A stretch of DNA of 64,000 bases from a candidate division FCPU426 bacterium (GTDB lineage Bacteria; Oederibacteriota; Muellerivitia; Muellerivitales; Muellerivitaceae), in NCBI GenBank assembly GCA_963719085.1, contig CAVRAL010000004.1, positions 224,001-288,000 of the forward strand. Direction: 5' to 3'. The position numbers and the translations under genes were made by a program. Shown here piece after piece: positions 18,965 through 30,079 of this stretch. The notes beneath the pieces are model-generated. The model had not been told where the DNA came from, searched no databases, and saw only the letters and a list, made by a program, of their open reading frames with translations. Numbering within the stretch: position 1 is the stretch's first letter; the number at the start of each line of letters is the position of its first letter.

Positions 18965-21207
18965 CGGCGCACCAAAAATTTACCCTTGGCCACCACCTGT
19001 CCGCCCGAGCCGTGGATCACGTAAAAATAAACCCCGGGCGCGAAGCTGTCCGTCGCCAAGGTCGCCAAATTCGTCCCGGAACCCGAGGCGTTCTGGGTAA
19101 GGGAAGCCGCCAATTGCCCCGAGAAGGCGTAGTAATTGATCCGCACCGTTTGGGCGATCGGGCTGAGATAAACCAAGTTCACTTGGTCCGTGGCCGGCTG
19201 GGGATAGACATAAGAGCCATCCGTGGCCGGAACCGTGGGCGTCACCGTCGGCGTGTCCGTAATCGTCGGCGTATGGGTAATGGTGGGAGTGTTCGTGATG
19301 GTCGGGGTATTGGTTATCGTTGGGGTGTCCGTAATCGTCGGGGTATCGGTGATGGTGGGCGTTAAGGTTTTGGTAAAGGTGGGCGTAATGGTCGGCGTGG
19401 AGGTTTTAGTGGGTGTGGGCGTTCGGGTATTGGTGATGGTTGGTGTGGGCGTAATGGTGGCGGTGGGGGTCATGGTCGGCGCGGCCAGGGCCAAGTCCGC
19501 GATCAGGTTGCACTTGGGGCTCCCGAGCCCCGTGGCCAGGTCATAGCCGGAGGCCGCGGGGTAAGTCGAGGAAGTCCCCCAATAATTGTTATTGCCCACG
19601 GTCACGTCGTTGAAATCATTGGCGTAGGTGGCGGCGTTACTGGCCAAATTATAAAGGGATGGATTCACGAAGCCGACCGGACTGCGGCCCAGGGAAACGG
19701 CCTCTTGGTTGGTCAAAGCCATCAGCCCCGCCCAGAGCGGCGCCGCGGCGCTGGTACCGCCAAAAACATCGGTCGCCGGCCGGCTTGGCCCCAGCGTGTG
19801 GTAAAAAACCTCAATGAAATCCGCCGTCAGGGAGACGTCCGGCAGGTTTCGGAAAACCGTTGAGGCACCGACCCCCGCCGCTCCCGAAGCGGCGGGAATC
19901 TGGTAGGTGGGAATCGCCACCGGTGTGGGCCCGTCGCAAATACCGCCGCTGGCCACGGCGTTGGGAGCGGGTGTCTGGGTTTCGATGGGTCCGGGCGAAT
20001 CGTTCCAAACCGTTTCGGTAGTGTAGGTCCCGGCCGAGGTTCCCCCGCTTCCTGACGTGACAAGTTCCGTCCCCCCCACCACCGTCATCAAAGACGTCAA
20101 GTCGATCGGATCAGGAACCGTCTGGATCGGATCGGCCGAAATATAGGCGCCCGAGTCCCCTGCCGCCTCAAAAAAAGAATCCCCTTGCGCGGCGTAGGCG
20201 GCGAAGAAATTCGCGGTATTGGAATCCCCGCCAAAACTCCAGGAACAGCTGATCTGCCGGGCGGCTTTATCGGTCATGATTTTATTGAGCATGCTGTCCG
20301 TCGGTTTGACGCCGTTCTGGTCTTCATAAACGTAAACCGCCGCGCCGGGGGCCATGGCGATGGACATCTCAATATCAAGACACACTTCGCTGTTGTTGTC
20401 GCCCGGAAAAGTCCCGGCGCTGATCGTCACAGGGACCACGGGCGGCTCCGCGATGCCGGCCGCGGCCGTGTACCCCGAGATGTCGGCGGGATAATAGGTG
20501 TCATACTCAATAAGCGCCACCGTCTGTCCCGCCCCGTTGACCGAGGAAGACAGGCATGGCAGATAAATATTTCGAAAATCATTTCCAAAATAACTGTACT
20601 GTCCGGCTGCCCGGATGCCCGTCCCCTCCTGGGGTTTCACCTTGAGTAATCCCGCGGGTTGGGGCACTTTTGAGTTTTCCAGCCCCGCCACGTATTGAAT
20701 CGGCGTATTAAGGTCCACCGAAGGTTCCCGGTCCGGGGCGTGGAACCAGGTGCCGTCCTTGCGTTGGTAGCGCCGCAGGTTCACGTGGAGCGCCTGCTGG
20801 ATATCGCTCACATTTCCTTGGACGTCCACCAACAACCGGTTGGGATAAGTTCCGGTGACCGTCAAGTGATGGGCCTGGGCAAAGGCGACCACCGCGTTGT
20901 AATCGGACACGGACGGGCCAAACTGGGCGTTGAATTGGTCGGCGGTTAAAAACTTCCGAAAGAGGGGGCTATGCGGATCATAAAGGCGGTCCAAGAGCGG
21001 TTGAAGTTGATCCTTGTTTCGCAGAGGAAGGCCGATGGATAAATCGAGGGTTTGGGTCGGGTCCAGAGGGCCCAGATCCGGCGCCACTTTGGCCATCAGG
21101 GGCACATGGCCATGAAGCATTTGGCTTCCCACCCCCTGGGCAAAAAGCGAAACCGGGAAAATGAGGCCCAAACCCAGGCATAGTCGTAAAAGTTGAGTAG
21201 GGGTCAT
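18961..21207 (-). CDS. S53 (sedolisin/kumamolisin) protease with pro-domain, PT linker and T9SS-type C-terminal domain
   Basis: EVCLD, AAGDSG, GGTSAAAPLWAG, YDLATGLGSP; tail VYPQPA...APGVYFY...GKFLVRR; start MTPTQLL. Confidence 0.88.
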   Translation of the reverse strand: MTPTQLLRLCLGLGLIFPVSLFAQGVGSQMLHGHVPLMAKVAPDLGPLDPTQTLDLSIGLPLRNKDQLQPLLDRLYDPHSPLFRKFLTADQFNAQFGPSVSDYNAVVAFAQAHHLTVTGTYPNRLLVDVQGNVSDIQQALHVNLRRYQRKDGTWFHAPDREPSVDLNTPIQYVAGLENSKVPQPAGLLKVKPQEGTGIRAAGQYSYFGNDFRNIYLPCLSSSVNGAGQTVALIEYDTYYPADISGYTAAAGIAEPPVVPVTISAGTFPGDNNSEVCLDIEMSIAMAPGAAVYVYEDQNGVKPTDSMLNKIMTDKAARQISCSWSFGGDSNTANFFAAYAAQGDSFFEAAGDSGAYISADPIQTVPDPIDLTSLMTVVGGTELVTSGSGGTSAGTYTTETVWNDSPGPIETQTPAPNAVASGGICDGPTPVAIPTYQIPAASGAAGVGASTVFRNLPDVSLTADFIEVFYHTLGPSRPATDVFGGTSAAAPLWAGLMALTNQEAVSLGRSPVGFVNPSLYNLASNAATYANDFNDVTVGNNNYWGTSSTYPAASGYDLATGLGSPKCNLIADLALAAPTMTPTATITPTPTITNTRTPTPTKTSTPTITPTFTKTLTPTITDTPTITDTPTITNTPTITNTPTITHTPTITDTPTVTPTVPATDGSYVYPQPATDQVNLVYLSPIAQTVRINYYAFSGQLAASLTQNASGSGTNLATLATDSFAPGVYFYVIHGSGGQVVAKGKFLVRR
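19230..19480 (-). repeat. coding TPTIT(D/N/H) tandem repeats
   Basis: 18-nt periodic Thr-Pro linker inside the S53 gene. Confidence 0.85.
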
Positions 21208-21322
21208 CAAAAGCCTTAGACCGGGATTTGGAGACAAAATCGATCTTAGGCATTTTACCAGCCAAAAACTTTTTGGGCAAAAAGCATATGAGCCGTCTTT
21301 TAAGAAAGGCCTTGGGAAATGG

Positions 21323-23698
21323 CTAAAGCTTGACGGAAGAGCCTGTCCATTGGTCGACGGCGGCCAAAATCTCGTCAAACTTGAAGGGCTTTTCCAGGCA
21401 GGGATTATCCACCGATTTGAAAAAATCACTCGATTCCGCCATCAAGACGCCGCCCGTGATGAAAACGAACCTCTTTTCAAGTCCGGGAAATTTCCGGGCC
21501 ACGTTTTTGAAAAGGCTGATCCCGTTCATATCCGGCATGTTCAGGTCGCTCACGACAACATCCACCTTCCCGCCTTCCCTTTCCAAAATCGCCAAGGCGT
21601 CCAGTCCGGTTAAGGCGGTCAAGACTTCGTGTTTCTTTTTCAATACCCGGTTCAAAACCTCCAGGTTGCCGGGCTCATCGTCCACCACCAGGACGCGGCC
21701 TCTCCCCTGGGCCTCGGATGGACGCGGATCGGCGCCGGGGACTTTCAAACCATTATCCAGAAGCAGGCGCACGGTGAAGGTTGTTCCCTGTCCCACCTGG
21801 CTCTTGACCTCGATGGTTCCTTTATAAAACTTGACGATTTTATCGCAGATGGAAAGGCCCAGTCCCGTCCCCACCCCGACGGGCTTGGTGGTGAAAAAAG
21901 GCTCAAAAATATTGGGAAGGATGTCCGTCGGTATTCCCCGGCCCGTATCCGTGAATTCAGCGAAAAGACTCCCGTTTTCTTGGCCGGTGCGGATATGGAT
22001 TTTATTGTCCTCCGGATTGTTTCCCTCGATGGCGTGGGCGGCGTTGATCAGCAGATTGATGAAAACCTGCTGAAGCTTGCCCACGTTGGCGGTCAAAAGC
22101 GGCAGACGCAGGGCGAAATCTTTTTCGACCCGGGCTTTGTGCTTGAACTCGTGGAAAGTCATGTTGATGGCCGATTCAATGGTTTTGTTCAGGTCCACCA
22201 CCGCCACTTCGTCCTCGTCGGTGCGCACGAAGGACTTGAGTCCCCGCACGATTTCCCGGATCCTTTCGCCGCCCTGCGCGGTCTCGTCGATCTCCTCCAA
22301 TATTTCCTCGAAGAGTTTCGGGTATCCCGCGTCCACATGGCCTTTCTCGTCCATTTGGCGCCTTAAGTCATCCAAATTCTCCTGTAAAAAAACCAGGTTG
22401 GCCAAAACATAGGTGAGGGGATTATTGATCTCGTGGGCGATACCGGCCGCCAGCGTTCCCACGGTGGCCAGCTTTTCATTGTGGCTCGCCTGGTGTTCCA
22501 ATCGATTCTGCATCGTGATGTCCCGCAAAACCATCATGACGGCCGGCTTACCGCCGAACTGGATGGAAATGCTGGAGGACTCAAAATCCACCGGCTCCCC
22601 GCCCTTCCCCAACAGCTTCAAAATTAAAATGGGATTGGCGCCTTCCTGCCCGAGGATGGGCTCAATTCTTTCCCGGACGGCCCGATGGTAATCCGAGTGA
22701 ATCAGATCGAACTTGGGGCAACCCACCAGTTCGTCCGCGGAAGGGTACTTCAAAAACCCGGCCAGGGTTTGATTGGCGAACAAAACCTTTTCGGGGTCGA
22801 CGATCAAGACACCGTTGGGCATCTGCTGGATGATGGCTTGGAAGGTCTCGTCGGACTTGCGCAGGGCTTCCTCGGATTTTTTGCGGGGCGCGGTATCCCG
22901 CAAAACCGCCATGACCGCGGGTTTCCCCTGGTAAATAATGGAAATGCCGGAAGCTTCCACGCTCAACCGGCTCCCGTCCTTTTTGATCCAGGAGGATTCC
23001 AGGAGCGGATCCACGCCTTCCTTGCCGTAAATCCGCGCGATCCGCTTTTGAATGACCGGATGAAAGTCCGGATGCACGAAAGTCAGGGGGGGATGTCCGA
23101 TCAACTCGTCTTCCCTTTCGTAACCCAGCATTTTGACCACGCTTTGGCTCACGAATAAAATACGTTCGGTATTCTCGATAAATATCCCGTCGGGTATCTG
23201 CTGGATGATGGCCCTGAAGTTTTCATCGGCCTCCCGCTGGGCTTTACCCATATTTTCCCGCTCGTCGACTTCCCGCAGAAGGACCATCGCCGCCGGCATA
23301 CCCTGATAAATGACCGAGATGGATTCCGCCTCGACTTGCGTAACACCGCCGTTCTGGGTGATGACTTTCACCTCCGTGACCGGGTTGTAAGGATGTCCCT
23401 CCATAAAGATTTTTTGGATTCGGTTCCGGACCATTTCCAGGGACTCGGGCGACACTAGGGACAGGGGCGATTGGCCGATTAATTCGCTTTCTTTTTGATA
23501 GCCTAACAATCTCACCATCCCCGGGTTGGCGTAAATGATCATACCGGCCCGTTGAATCATCAGGCAAATCGGGAGGAGGTTTACCAGGGTCTTGAACTGC
23601 TCCTCGGAATTCGTCAAAGCCTTCACCAAATCATTTTTGAGGACCACAACGGCGGGAACCGCTAAAGCTTGGACAGTTGAATCGATTTTATCGCTCAT
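21323..23698 (-). CDS. hybrid sensor kinase: three PAS domains, HisKA, HATPase, receiver
   Basis: AHEINNPL, FEPFFTTK, GTGLGL, VVDDE, SDLNMP, EKPF. Confidence 0.92.
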   Translation of the reverse strand: MSDKIDSTVQALAVPAVVVLKNDLVKALTNSEEQFKTLVNLLPICLMIQRAGMIIYANPGMVRLLGYQKESELIGQSPLSLVSPESLEMVRNRIQKIFMEGHPYNPVTEVKVITQNGGVTQVEAESISVIYQGMPAAMVLLREVDERENMGKAQREADENFRAIIQQIPDGIFIENTERILFVSQSVVKMLGYEREDELIGHPPLTFVHPDFHPVIQKRIARIYGKEGVDPLLESSWIKKDGSRLSVEASGISIIYQGKPAVMAVLRDTAPRKKSEEALRKSDETFQAIIQQMPNGVLIVDPEKVLFANQTLAGFLKYPSADELVGCPKFDLIHSDYHRAVRERIEPILGQEGANPILILKLLGKGGEPVDFESSSISIQFGGKPAVMMVLRDITMQNRLEHQASHNEKLATVGTLAAGIAHEINNPLTYVLANLVFLQENLDDLRRQMDEKGHVDAGYPKLFEEILEEIDETAQGGERIREIVRGLKSFVRTDEDEVAVVDLNKTIESAINMTFHEFKHKARVEKDFALRLPLLTANVGKLQQVFINLLINAAHAIEGNNPEDNKIHIRTGQENGSLFAEFTDTGRGIPTDILPNIFEPFFTTKPVGVGTGLGLSICDKIVKFYKGTIEVKSQVGQGTTFTVRLLLDNGLKVPGADPRPSEAQGRGRVLVVDDEPGNLEVLNRVLKKKHEVLTALTGLDALAILEREGGKVDVVVSDLNMPDMNGISLFKNVARKFPGLEKRFVFITGGVLMAESSDFFKSVDNPCLEKPFKFDEILAAVDQWTGSSVKL

Positions 23699-23901
23699 TC
23701 AAAACTCCTTGTCGCGGCAATGAGGAAGGGGAAAAATCGGGGTTCTCGAAGTTCAAAATAAATCGATTGGTCAATTAGACAAAATCCAGGCGGGGCTTGA
23801 TATAAAAAAGTCATTTCGTGTGCAATCAATCGGCGCCGAAATCGGGACGATCATTTTGATAGCACGGCCCGTTTCGGAGGCGTTAACGGGGCAATTGTCC
23901 T

Positions 23902-24327
23902 TTATCGAAGGACTATCAACCGAGGAACGGCGTTTTGTCCGGCAAAGACGATGGCGTTTTGGTGGTACTTTTTCCCGAGGGATTTCGCCTCTTTCAGCCT
24001 CAGTCCCAGCACCAGCAAACTGGCCTCACTCGTCCATTGGCCCTTGGGGTCTTCGCCGACACCGGGGATGAACGAAAATCCCTCCTTGCGGACATCCTTT
24101 ATCAAACGCTTTTGAGCCAAAACGTTCTTCGCCTTGGATGTCTTTTGACCGAGTGGGTTATAAGCGGTGATAAACGCGGCGGTTGAAAAGTTTTCTTGGC
24201 GGTAAAGCGAAGCAAGCCGCGCCGATCGCTTTCCTATGTGAAGCGTCCAAGCTTTGGGCGCGGCCTTCACCCGGTAAAGGGTTCGTTGGTAGGATAAAAG
24301 GGTTTCAGACGGGATTTTGGTTCTCAT
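23902..24327 (-). CDS. DUF3293 family protein
   Basis: FITAYNPLG, WTSEAS, QNAIV. Confidence 0.8.
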   Translation of the reverse strand: MRTKIPSETLLSYQRTLYRVKAAPKAWTLHIGKRSARLASLYRQENFSTAAFITAYNPLGQKTSKAKNVLAQKRLIKDVRKEGFSFIPGVGEDPKGQWTSEASLLVLGLRLKEAKSLGKKYHQNAIVFAGQNAVPRLIVLR

Positions 24328-24417
24328 GGCCGGAAAGGATTTTAACCCATTCTGGACACCCATGACGCATCTTCGGTAATCTAATCCCAGTTTCAATCCT
24401 AAGGCCAAGGAATCCCT

Positions 24418-24975
24418 ATGCCGAAATTATCCATGTTCAACTCCGTCAGCTTAGATGGTTATTTCACCGACTTAAAAAACGACATGAGCTGGGCCCACCA
24501 AAGGGACCCTGAATGGGACGAGTTCGTAGGCGTTAACGCCTCCGGCAAGGGCCGCCTGCTCTTTGGCCGGGTGACCTACCAAATGATGGAGGGCTTTTGG
24601 ACCTCGCCCATGGGCATCCAGATGATGCCGGAAGTCGCTAAGGGAATGGCCGCCAGCCAAAAGGTGGTCTTTTCAAAGACCCTCGATAAAGTCGGCTGGG
24701 ACAACACGGTATTATTGAAGGGCGACCTGGCGACTGAGGTAAAGACGCTAAAGGCCGACTCTGGCCCCAACATGGTGATTTTGGGAAGCGGAAGTATTGT
24801 GGCCCAATTGGCCCAGGAAAACTTGATCGATGAATACCAGGTCATTATTTCGCCCGTGGCTATTGGCGGCGGCCGGACGCTATTTGAGGGCTTGAAGAAG
24901 CATCTGCGAATGAATTTGGTGAAATCTAGGATATTTAAGAATGGGAGCGTCTTTTTGGTTTATCACCCGGCCTAA
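24418..24975 (+). CDS. dihydrofolate reductase/RibD C-terminal family protein
   Basis: SLDGY, LFGRVTY, GSGSIV, LIDEY, PVAIGGG. Confidence 0.9.
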   Translation: MPKLSMFNSVSLDGYFTDLKNDMSWAHQRDPEWDEFVGVNASGKGRLLFGRVTYQMMEGFWTSPMGIQMMPEVAKGMAASQKVVFSKTLDKVGWDNTVLLKGDLATEVKTLKADSGPNMVILGSGSIVAQLAQENLIDEYQVIISPVAIGGGRTLFEGLKKHLRMNLVKSRIFKNGSVFLVYHPA

Positions 24976-25144
24976 TCAGATTTATCAATTGTCCGGCCTG
25001 ACCTATTTACTTGTTTCATCATGGAAACATTTTAAGCTTTATCCCCAAAACAGAATCGATTTTCAGTTTTTCTTTGGGGGCCTGTTGGTTCCCCTGGCGC
25101 CCGGGACTTAGAATAGTCCCGCTTTTTCATTTTCAGGAGGCCCC

Positions 25145-27862
25145 ATGCCGCCCGTTAAACCCCTCGGTGACCCGTCCCAAGATTTTTTACGCACCCAGTC
25201 TGATCCCCTACAGGCTTTCTTCCGCCCCAAAAGTGTGGCCGTGGTGGGCGCCACGGAAAAAGAAGGCACGGTGGGCCGCACTCTCTTTAAAAATCTTTTG
25301 GCGACGCCTTTCGGCGGGACCGTCTTCCCCGTGAACCCCAATCGGTCCAGCGTCTTGGGCGTGAAGGCCTACCCGAAACTTTCGGCCATTCCGGACCCGC
25401 TGGACCTCGCGATTTTAGTGACACCCGCTTCCACCGTGCCGGATCTGGTGAGTGAATGCGTGGCGCTGGGCGTGAAGGCCGCCATCATTATTTCAGCGGG
25501 TTTTAAGGAAGTCGGCCCGGTGGGAGCCGAACTGGAACGGCAGGTGCTGGAAAGGGCCAAGTCCGGCAACCTTCGCATCATCGGCCCCAACTGCTTGGGG
25601 ATTATGAATCCTTTGGCGGGCATCAACGCCACTTTCGCCAACGCCATGGCCAAACCCGGTAACGTGGCCTTCATCAGCCAAAGCGGCGCCTTGTTGACGG
25701 CGGTCTTGGATTGGAGCTTTCAGGAAAATGTGGGCTTTAGTTCCATCGTATCGCTGGGCTCCATGCTGGATATTGGCTGGGGTGACATGATCGACTACTT
25801 GGGCAACGACCCCCACACCCAAAGCATTGTGATCTATATGGAGACCATCGGGGACGCCCGCGCCTTTTTATCGGCGGCCCGCGAAGTGGCTTTGACAAAA
25901 CCTATTTTGGTCATCAAGGCCGGCCGCACGGAGGCCGCCGCCAAAGCGGCGGCTTCCCATACGGGATCGCTGGCCGGAAGCCAGGAAGTGCTGGAAGCGG
26001 CCTTTCGCCGTTGCGGCGTTTTATCCGTGGACCACATCTCCCATCTCTTTTACATGGCGGATATTTTGTCCAAACAGCCACGGCCCAAGGGACCACGGCT
26101 TTGCCTGGTGACCAATGCGGGAGGGCCCGGTGTTTTAGCCACCGACGCTTTAATCGGCGGCGGAGGTAAATTATCCGACCTCTCAGCCCAAACAAAAGAC
26201 GCGCTGTCGGCCTTTTTGCCCGCCGCCTGGAGCCATGGAAACCCGGTGGACGTTTTGGGCGACGCGGACCCGGAACGATTCGCCAAGGCCTTGGAAGACG
26301 TGACGAAGGACTCGGAAAACGATGGCGTCATGGTCATCCTGACGCCTCAAGCCATGACCGACCCCACCGAAACCGCCCGCCGCGTCGCGCCATTCGCCAA
26401 GCTCAAGGACCGCCCTATCCTGGCCAGTTGGATGGGCGGAGCCGCCATGGAAGAAGGCCGGTCCATCCTCAACCAAGCCGGACTTCCTTGTTTTCCTTTT
26501 CCCGACACAGCCGCGCGGCTTTTTAATTACATGTGGCGCTACAGTTCGAACCTGAAGTCCTTGTATGAAACACCCAGCCTGCCCGAGGGGGCCGCACCCC
26601 CCGACCGGCAAAAGGCCGCGGAGCTCCTCAACCAGGCCCGCCAAGCGGGGCGGGATCTTTTAAGCGAGTACGAATCCAAGTCATTGCTCGCGGCCTATGG
26701 TATCCCCACGGTGGAAACCCGCCTGGCCCAAAGCGCCGACGAGGCCGCTCAAATGGCCGAGTCCCTGGGTTATCCGGTGGTTTTGAAACTTCATTCCTTC
26801 ACGGTAACCCATAAGACTGACGTGGGCGGGGTCAAACTGAACCTCACCCAAGCCCAGGATGTGCGAAAAGCTTTTTCGGAGATTCAAGAATCCGTCACCC
26901 GCCTCAAGGGCGAAGGCCATTTCCAGGGCGTGACCGTGCAGAAACAAGTGAAGTGGGAAGGTTACGAACTGATCCTGGGAAGTTCGCTGGATCCGCAAGT
27001 CGGCCCGGTTCTGCTGTTTGGCTCCGGCGGCCAACTCGTGGAGATTTATAAAGACCACGCCTTGGGCCTTCCGCCCTTGAACACCACTCTGGCCCGGCGG
27101 TTAATGGAGCGGACCAAAATTTATGAGGCGCTGAAGGGCGTCCGGGGACGGGCCCCGGTGGACCTTTCGGCATTGGAACAGCTGTTGGTTCGATTCAGCT
27201 GGCTCATCGCCGAACAGCCTTTCGTGAAGGAAATGGACATCAATCCCCTCTTAGCCTCGCCCGAGGGCCTGGTAGCGCTGGACGCCCGCGTGGTCCTGCA
27301 TCCGAAGGAGACACCGGACGCCGAATTATCCCATACCGCCATCCGCCCCTACCCGTCCCAATACATCACGCCGCTCATTCTTAAGGACGGAACCCAGGCA
27401 ACGCTTCGCCCCATCCGGCCCGAGGACGAGCCGGCCATGGTGAGTTTTCACGAGACCCTCTCGGCCCAAAGCGTGTACCTGCGTTACTTTCAGGAAATGA
27501 AGTTGGACACCCGGACCACCCACGAGCGGCTGATCCGCACCTGCTTCGTGGACTATGGCCGGGAGATGGTGTTGGTGGCCCTCAAGGACGATAAAATTTT
27601 GGGCGTCACCCGCTTCAGCCGGGTCAGGAAAAGGGACGAAGCCGAGTTCTCGATGATCCTCAGCGACTCGTTTCAAAACCAGGGGCTGGGCGGCCAGATG
27701 CTCAAAGGGCTTTTAGCTGTCGGGAAAGCGGAAAAGCTTAAACGCGTGACCGGCTATATCCTGCCCGAGAACTCGCGTATGCAGGCCCTCTGCGCCAAGC
27801 TGGGCTTTACCTTGGAGCGCCGGGAAGCCGAAGGCCTGGTCATCGCCACCGTCAATCTTTAG
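25145..27862 (+). CDS. ADP-forming acyl-CoA synthetase family/GNAT acetyltransferase fusion (Pat-like)
   Basis: [40 protein letters not shown]. Confidence 0.92.
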   Translation: MPPVKPLGDPSQDFLRTQSDPLQAFFRPKSVAVVGATEKEGTVGRTLFKNLLATPFGGTVFPVNPNRSSVLGVKAYPKLSAIPDPLDLAILVTPASTVPDLVSECVALGVKAAIIISAGFKEVGPVGAELERQVLERAKSGNLRIIGPNCLGIMNPLAGINATFANAMAKPGNVAFISQSGALLTAVLDWSFQENVGFSSIVSLGSMLDIGWGDMIDYLGNDPHTQSIVIYMETIGDARAFLSAAREVALTKPILVIKAGRTEAAAKAAASHTGSLAGSQEVLEAAFRRCGVLSVDHISHLFYMADILSKQPRPKGPRLCLVTNAGGPGVLATDALIGGGGKLSDLSAQTKDALSAFLPAAWSHGNPVDVLGDADPERFAKALEDVTKDSENDGVMVILTPQAMTDPTETARRVAPFAKLKDRPILASWMGGAAMEEGRSILNQAGLPCFPFPDTAARLFNYMWRYSSNLKSLYETPSLPEGAAPPDRQKAAELLNQARQAGRDLLSEYESKSLLAAYGIPTVETRLAQSADEAAQMAESLGYPVVLKLHSFTVTHKTDVGGVKLNLTQAQDVRKAFSEIQESVTRLKGEGHFQGVTVQKQVKWEGYELILGSSLDPQVGPVLLFGSGGQLVEIYKDHALGLPPLNTTLARRLMERTKIYEALKGVRGRAPVDLSALEQLLVRFSWLIAEQPFVKEMDINPLLASPEGLVALDARVVLHPKETPDAELSHTAIRPYPSQYITPLILKDGTQATLRPIRPEDEPAMVSFHETLSAQSVYLRYFQEMKLDTRTTHERLIRTCFVDYGREMVLVALKDDKILGVTRFSRVRKRDEAEFSMILSDSFQNQGLGGQMLKGLLAVGKAEKLKRVTGYILPENSRMQALCAKLGFTLERREAEGLVIATVNL

Positions 27863-27894
27863 CCGAAAATAAACAAGTCCGGGGACGGGCTTGT

Positions 27895-28317
27895 TTATTT
27901 CTTTCCCGAGAAATGGTCTTCCATCTTCCCTAGAAACTGGTTCCAGCCGTTGGTATGCGATCGCCCGTCTTTATCGTTGGGAAGACCGGTGTGGCGCAGG
28001 GTCATCAGGGTTCCGGCTGTGTGCTTTTTGAAATGAACGGTCACGGTGGTTTCCAGCCCGTGGGTATAGGGCGACATCCAAGTGAATTGGACCCGCTTGC
28101 CCTTGGCCAGCTTCAAGACGCGGCCAAAGATATAGCCGACGCCTCCCACCACCACACAGTAGAGACTGCCCGCCCTTTTTTCAAAACCCAGCGTCTTTCC
28201 CACACTCCAGGGATTGCGGGATTTCTTGGGATTCAGCCAGGCCTCAAAGACCTTGGCGGGAGGACCGGCGATCACGCGCTTGAGGTTCAGGGTCAAGGTT
28301 TTGGGGGATTTGGCCAT
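27895..28317 (-). CDS. SRPBCC/AHSA1 domain protein
   Basis: KVFEAWLNP, TLMTLRHTGLP, HTNGWNQFL. Confidence 0.85.
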   Translation of the reverse strand: MAKSPKTLTLNLKRVIAGPPAKVFEAWLNPKKSRNPWSVGKTLGFEKRAGSLYCVVVGGVGYIFGRVLKLAKGKRVQFTWMSPYTHGLETTVTVHFKKHTAGTLMTLRHTGLPNDKDGRSHTNGWNQFLGKMEDHFSGKK

Positions 28318-28330
28318 GGCTTGCGCCTCC

Positions 28331-28714
28331 TTACGAAATTACGAAAAATGTATCCAATTCCTCTTTGATTTTCTCGTTCCCATCCAGTGAATAGAGACAA
28401 GACCTGGCCAAGGTGACCATCGCGCCGTCAGGACCCAGGCCTATTTTCAAAGTTATAAGGACCAGGGCGCATCGTTCATCCCCAATGGTCGAGAGTATTT
28501 GAACGCTTCCGGGCTCGACAAGCCGCGCGGCTTTTATCTTGGGCTCCATATAATTGTCGATGCCGGTTAATTCAACCACTCTAAAATCAGGCTGGGTTGT
28601 CCCCACGGAAGCGCGTATGTTTGGCGCCAACATTTCTTTTGTCTTATCCCAATCCTGATGACTCCAGGCGTCGATATGCGCGAGCGCTATTTTAACGGCC
28701 GGCGAGTCTGGCAT
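28331..28714 (-). CDS. SnoaL/NTF2-like protein
   Basis: HIDAWSHQDWD...LAPNI; start MPDSPAV after GGAG. Confidence 0.65.
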   Translation of the reverse strand: MPDSPAVKIALAHIDAWSHQDWDKTKEMLAPNIRASVGTTQPDFRVVELTGIDNYMEPKIKAARLVEPGSVQILSTIGDERCALVLITLKIGLGPDGAMVTLARSCLYSLDGNEKIKEELDTFFVIS

Positions 28715-28787
28715 TTTTATCTCCCAAGATTCGGATGCAGATCCGGCCTTGCGACGGCCAAGACCCACGCTTTCATAACGGTTTATT

Positions 28788-29255
28788 TCAGCTTTTCGTC
28801 ACGGGCGGATGAGCGTCTTCCCACCGGTATTCTTTACGCGAGCCATTTCCAAATTGCTCGCCGAAAATTCCCAAAAAGTAATTCCACCCCTTCTCATGCC
28901 CCTTGGCCGGCTCGCAATCCGGCAGGTCCGAGTGCACGAGGGTCATCAAGGTTTCGTCCCCTTGCTTCTTAAAAGTCACCGTCACCTTTGATTCTTGCCC
29001 CAAGGTATTGGGCGAAACCCAAGTGTGCTGAATAAGCCCCGGCCGCTCCACCCGGGTAAAGCGCCCGTAATGGGCCGTGCCCTTGAGTGTCCAGTAAAAG
29101 AGCCCGCCCACTTTTGCGTCCAAGGTAAACTTTTCAGCCACGTTCCAGGGATTACCCGGAACTTTAGGATTCAGCCATCCGTCGAACACCTCGTCCACGG
29201 GGGCCGGGATAGTCCGTTCGATCTTGAATCCAAGAGTTTTCGTGGAATCTTTCAT
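28788..29255 (-). CDS. SRPBCC/AHSA1 domain protein
   Basis: EVFDGWLNP, TLVHSDLP, HEKGWNYFL. Confidence 0.85.
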   Translation of the reverse strand: MKDSTKTLGFKIERTIPAPVDEVFDGWLNPKVPGNPWNVAEKFTLDAKVGGLFYWTLKGTAHYGRFTRVERPGLIQHTWVSPNTLGQESKVTVTFKKQGDETLMTLVHSDLPDCEPAKGHEKGWNYFLGIFGEQFGNGSRKEYRWEDAHPPVTKS

Positions 29256-29288
29256 CGCTTTTGCTCCTTTACTTTGGCCGGCCCGCGC

Positions 29289-29741
29289 CTAGCGCCATCC
29301 CTTGGGTTTTTTCACGCCCTTCGGTGACCCGCCTGAAAAGGTTTTGACCAATTTATCCAGGAAATAATTCCACCCGTCTTTATGGGCCTTCGATAATTCA
29401 TTTTGAGGAAGGCCTGAATGCACCAGCGTCATCAAGGTTTCATCGTCTTTTTCCTTAAAGGTCACCGTGACCATCGATTCTTCACCGGAGGTGTAGCGGG
29501 ACATCCAAGTGTTCTGGATTCGGCTCGGCCGCTCGATTTTCGTGAATCGTCCGTAGTGCGTAGTGCCGTCGATGAGCCAGTAAAAAAATCCACCCAATTT
29601 GGGCTGGAGGATCAACTTATCATTCTCGTTCCAAGGCGTGCCCGGGGTTTTGGGATTAAGCCACCCATCAAACACTTCCCTTGGTGGGGCCGGGATCATC
29701 CGCTCAAATTTCAACTCCATCGTCTTCTTGGACTTTTTCAT
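29289..29741 (-). CDS. SRPBCC/AHSA1 domain protein
   Basis: EVFDGWLNP, TLVHSGLP, HKDGWNYFL; start MKKSKK overlaps the arsR stop. Confidence 0.85.
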   Translation of the reverse strand: MKKSKKTMELKFERMIPAPPREVFDGWLNPKTPGTPWNENDKLILQPKLGGFFYWLIDGTTHYGRFTKIERPSRIQNTWMSRYTSGEESMVTVTFKEKDDETLMTLVHSGLPQNELSKAHKDGWNYFLDKLVKTFSGGSPKGVKKPKGWR

Positions 29742-30073
29742 TTTTTCTTCTCCCTTTTCGCTTTTTTGTCCCTGAAATGCTCCTGGAACTTGTCGAGGTT
29801 TTGGTTCCAAAACCGTTCGTACTCGTGCGTCCACTCCGCCACCTTTTGGAGCGGTTCGGCCCGAAAGGAGATATAAACCTCCCGACCCCGCTTTTCCCGC
29901 TCAATAAGCCCGGCCCTTTCGAGCAGTTTCAGGTGTTTGGTCACCGAATTCAGCGCCGTATCAAAAGGCTCCGCCACCTCCAAAAACCGGGCCGGTCCCT
30001 TCGAGAGCCGCTCAATGATCGCCCGCCGAGTCGGGTGAGAGACCGCCGCCAGCACATCCGTCAGTTGATTCAT
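29738..30073 (-). CDS. ArsR/SmtB family transcriptional regulator
   Basis: SHPTRRAII, TKHLKLLERAGLI, KRGRE. Confidence 0.9.
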   Translation of the reverse strand: MNQLTDVLAAVSHPTRRAIIERLSKGPARFLEVAEPFDTALNSVTKHLKLLERAGLIEREKRGREVYISFRAEPLQKVAEWTHEYERFWNQNLDKFQEHFRDKKAKREKKK

Positions 30074-30079
30074 ATATTC

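Noticed and set aside
19230..19480. Periodic repeats as a CRISPR array, and the Val/Gly-rich + strand ORF 19223-19546
   Set aside because: Degenerate codon-level Thr-Pro linker with no spacers; the ORF is its antisense shadow
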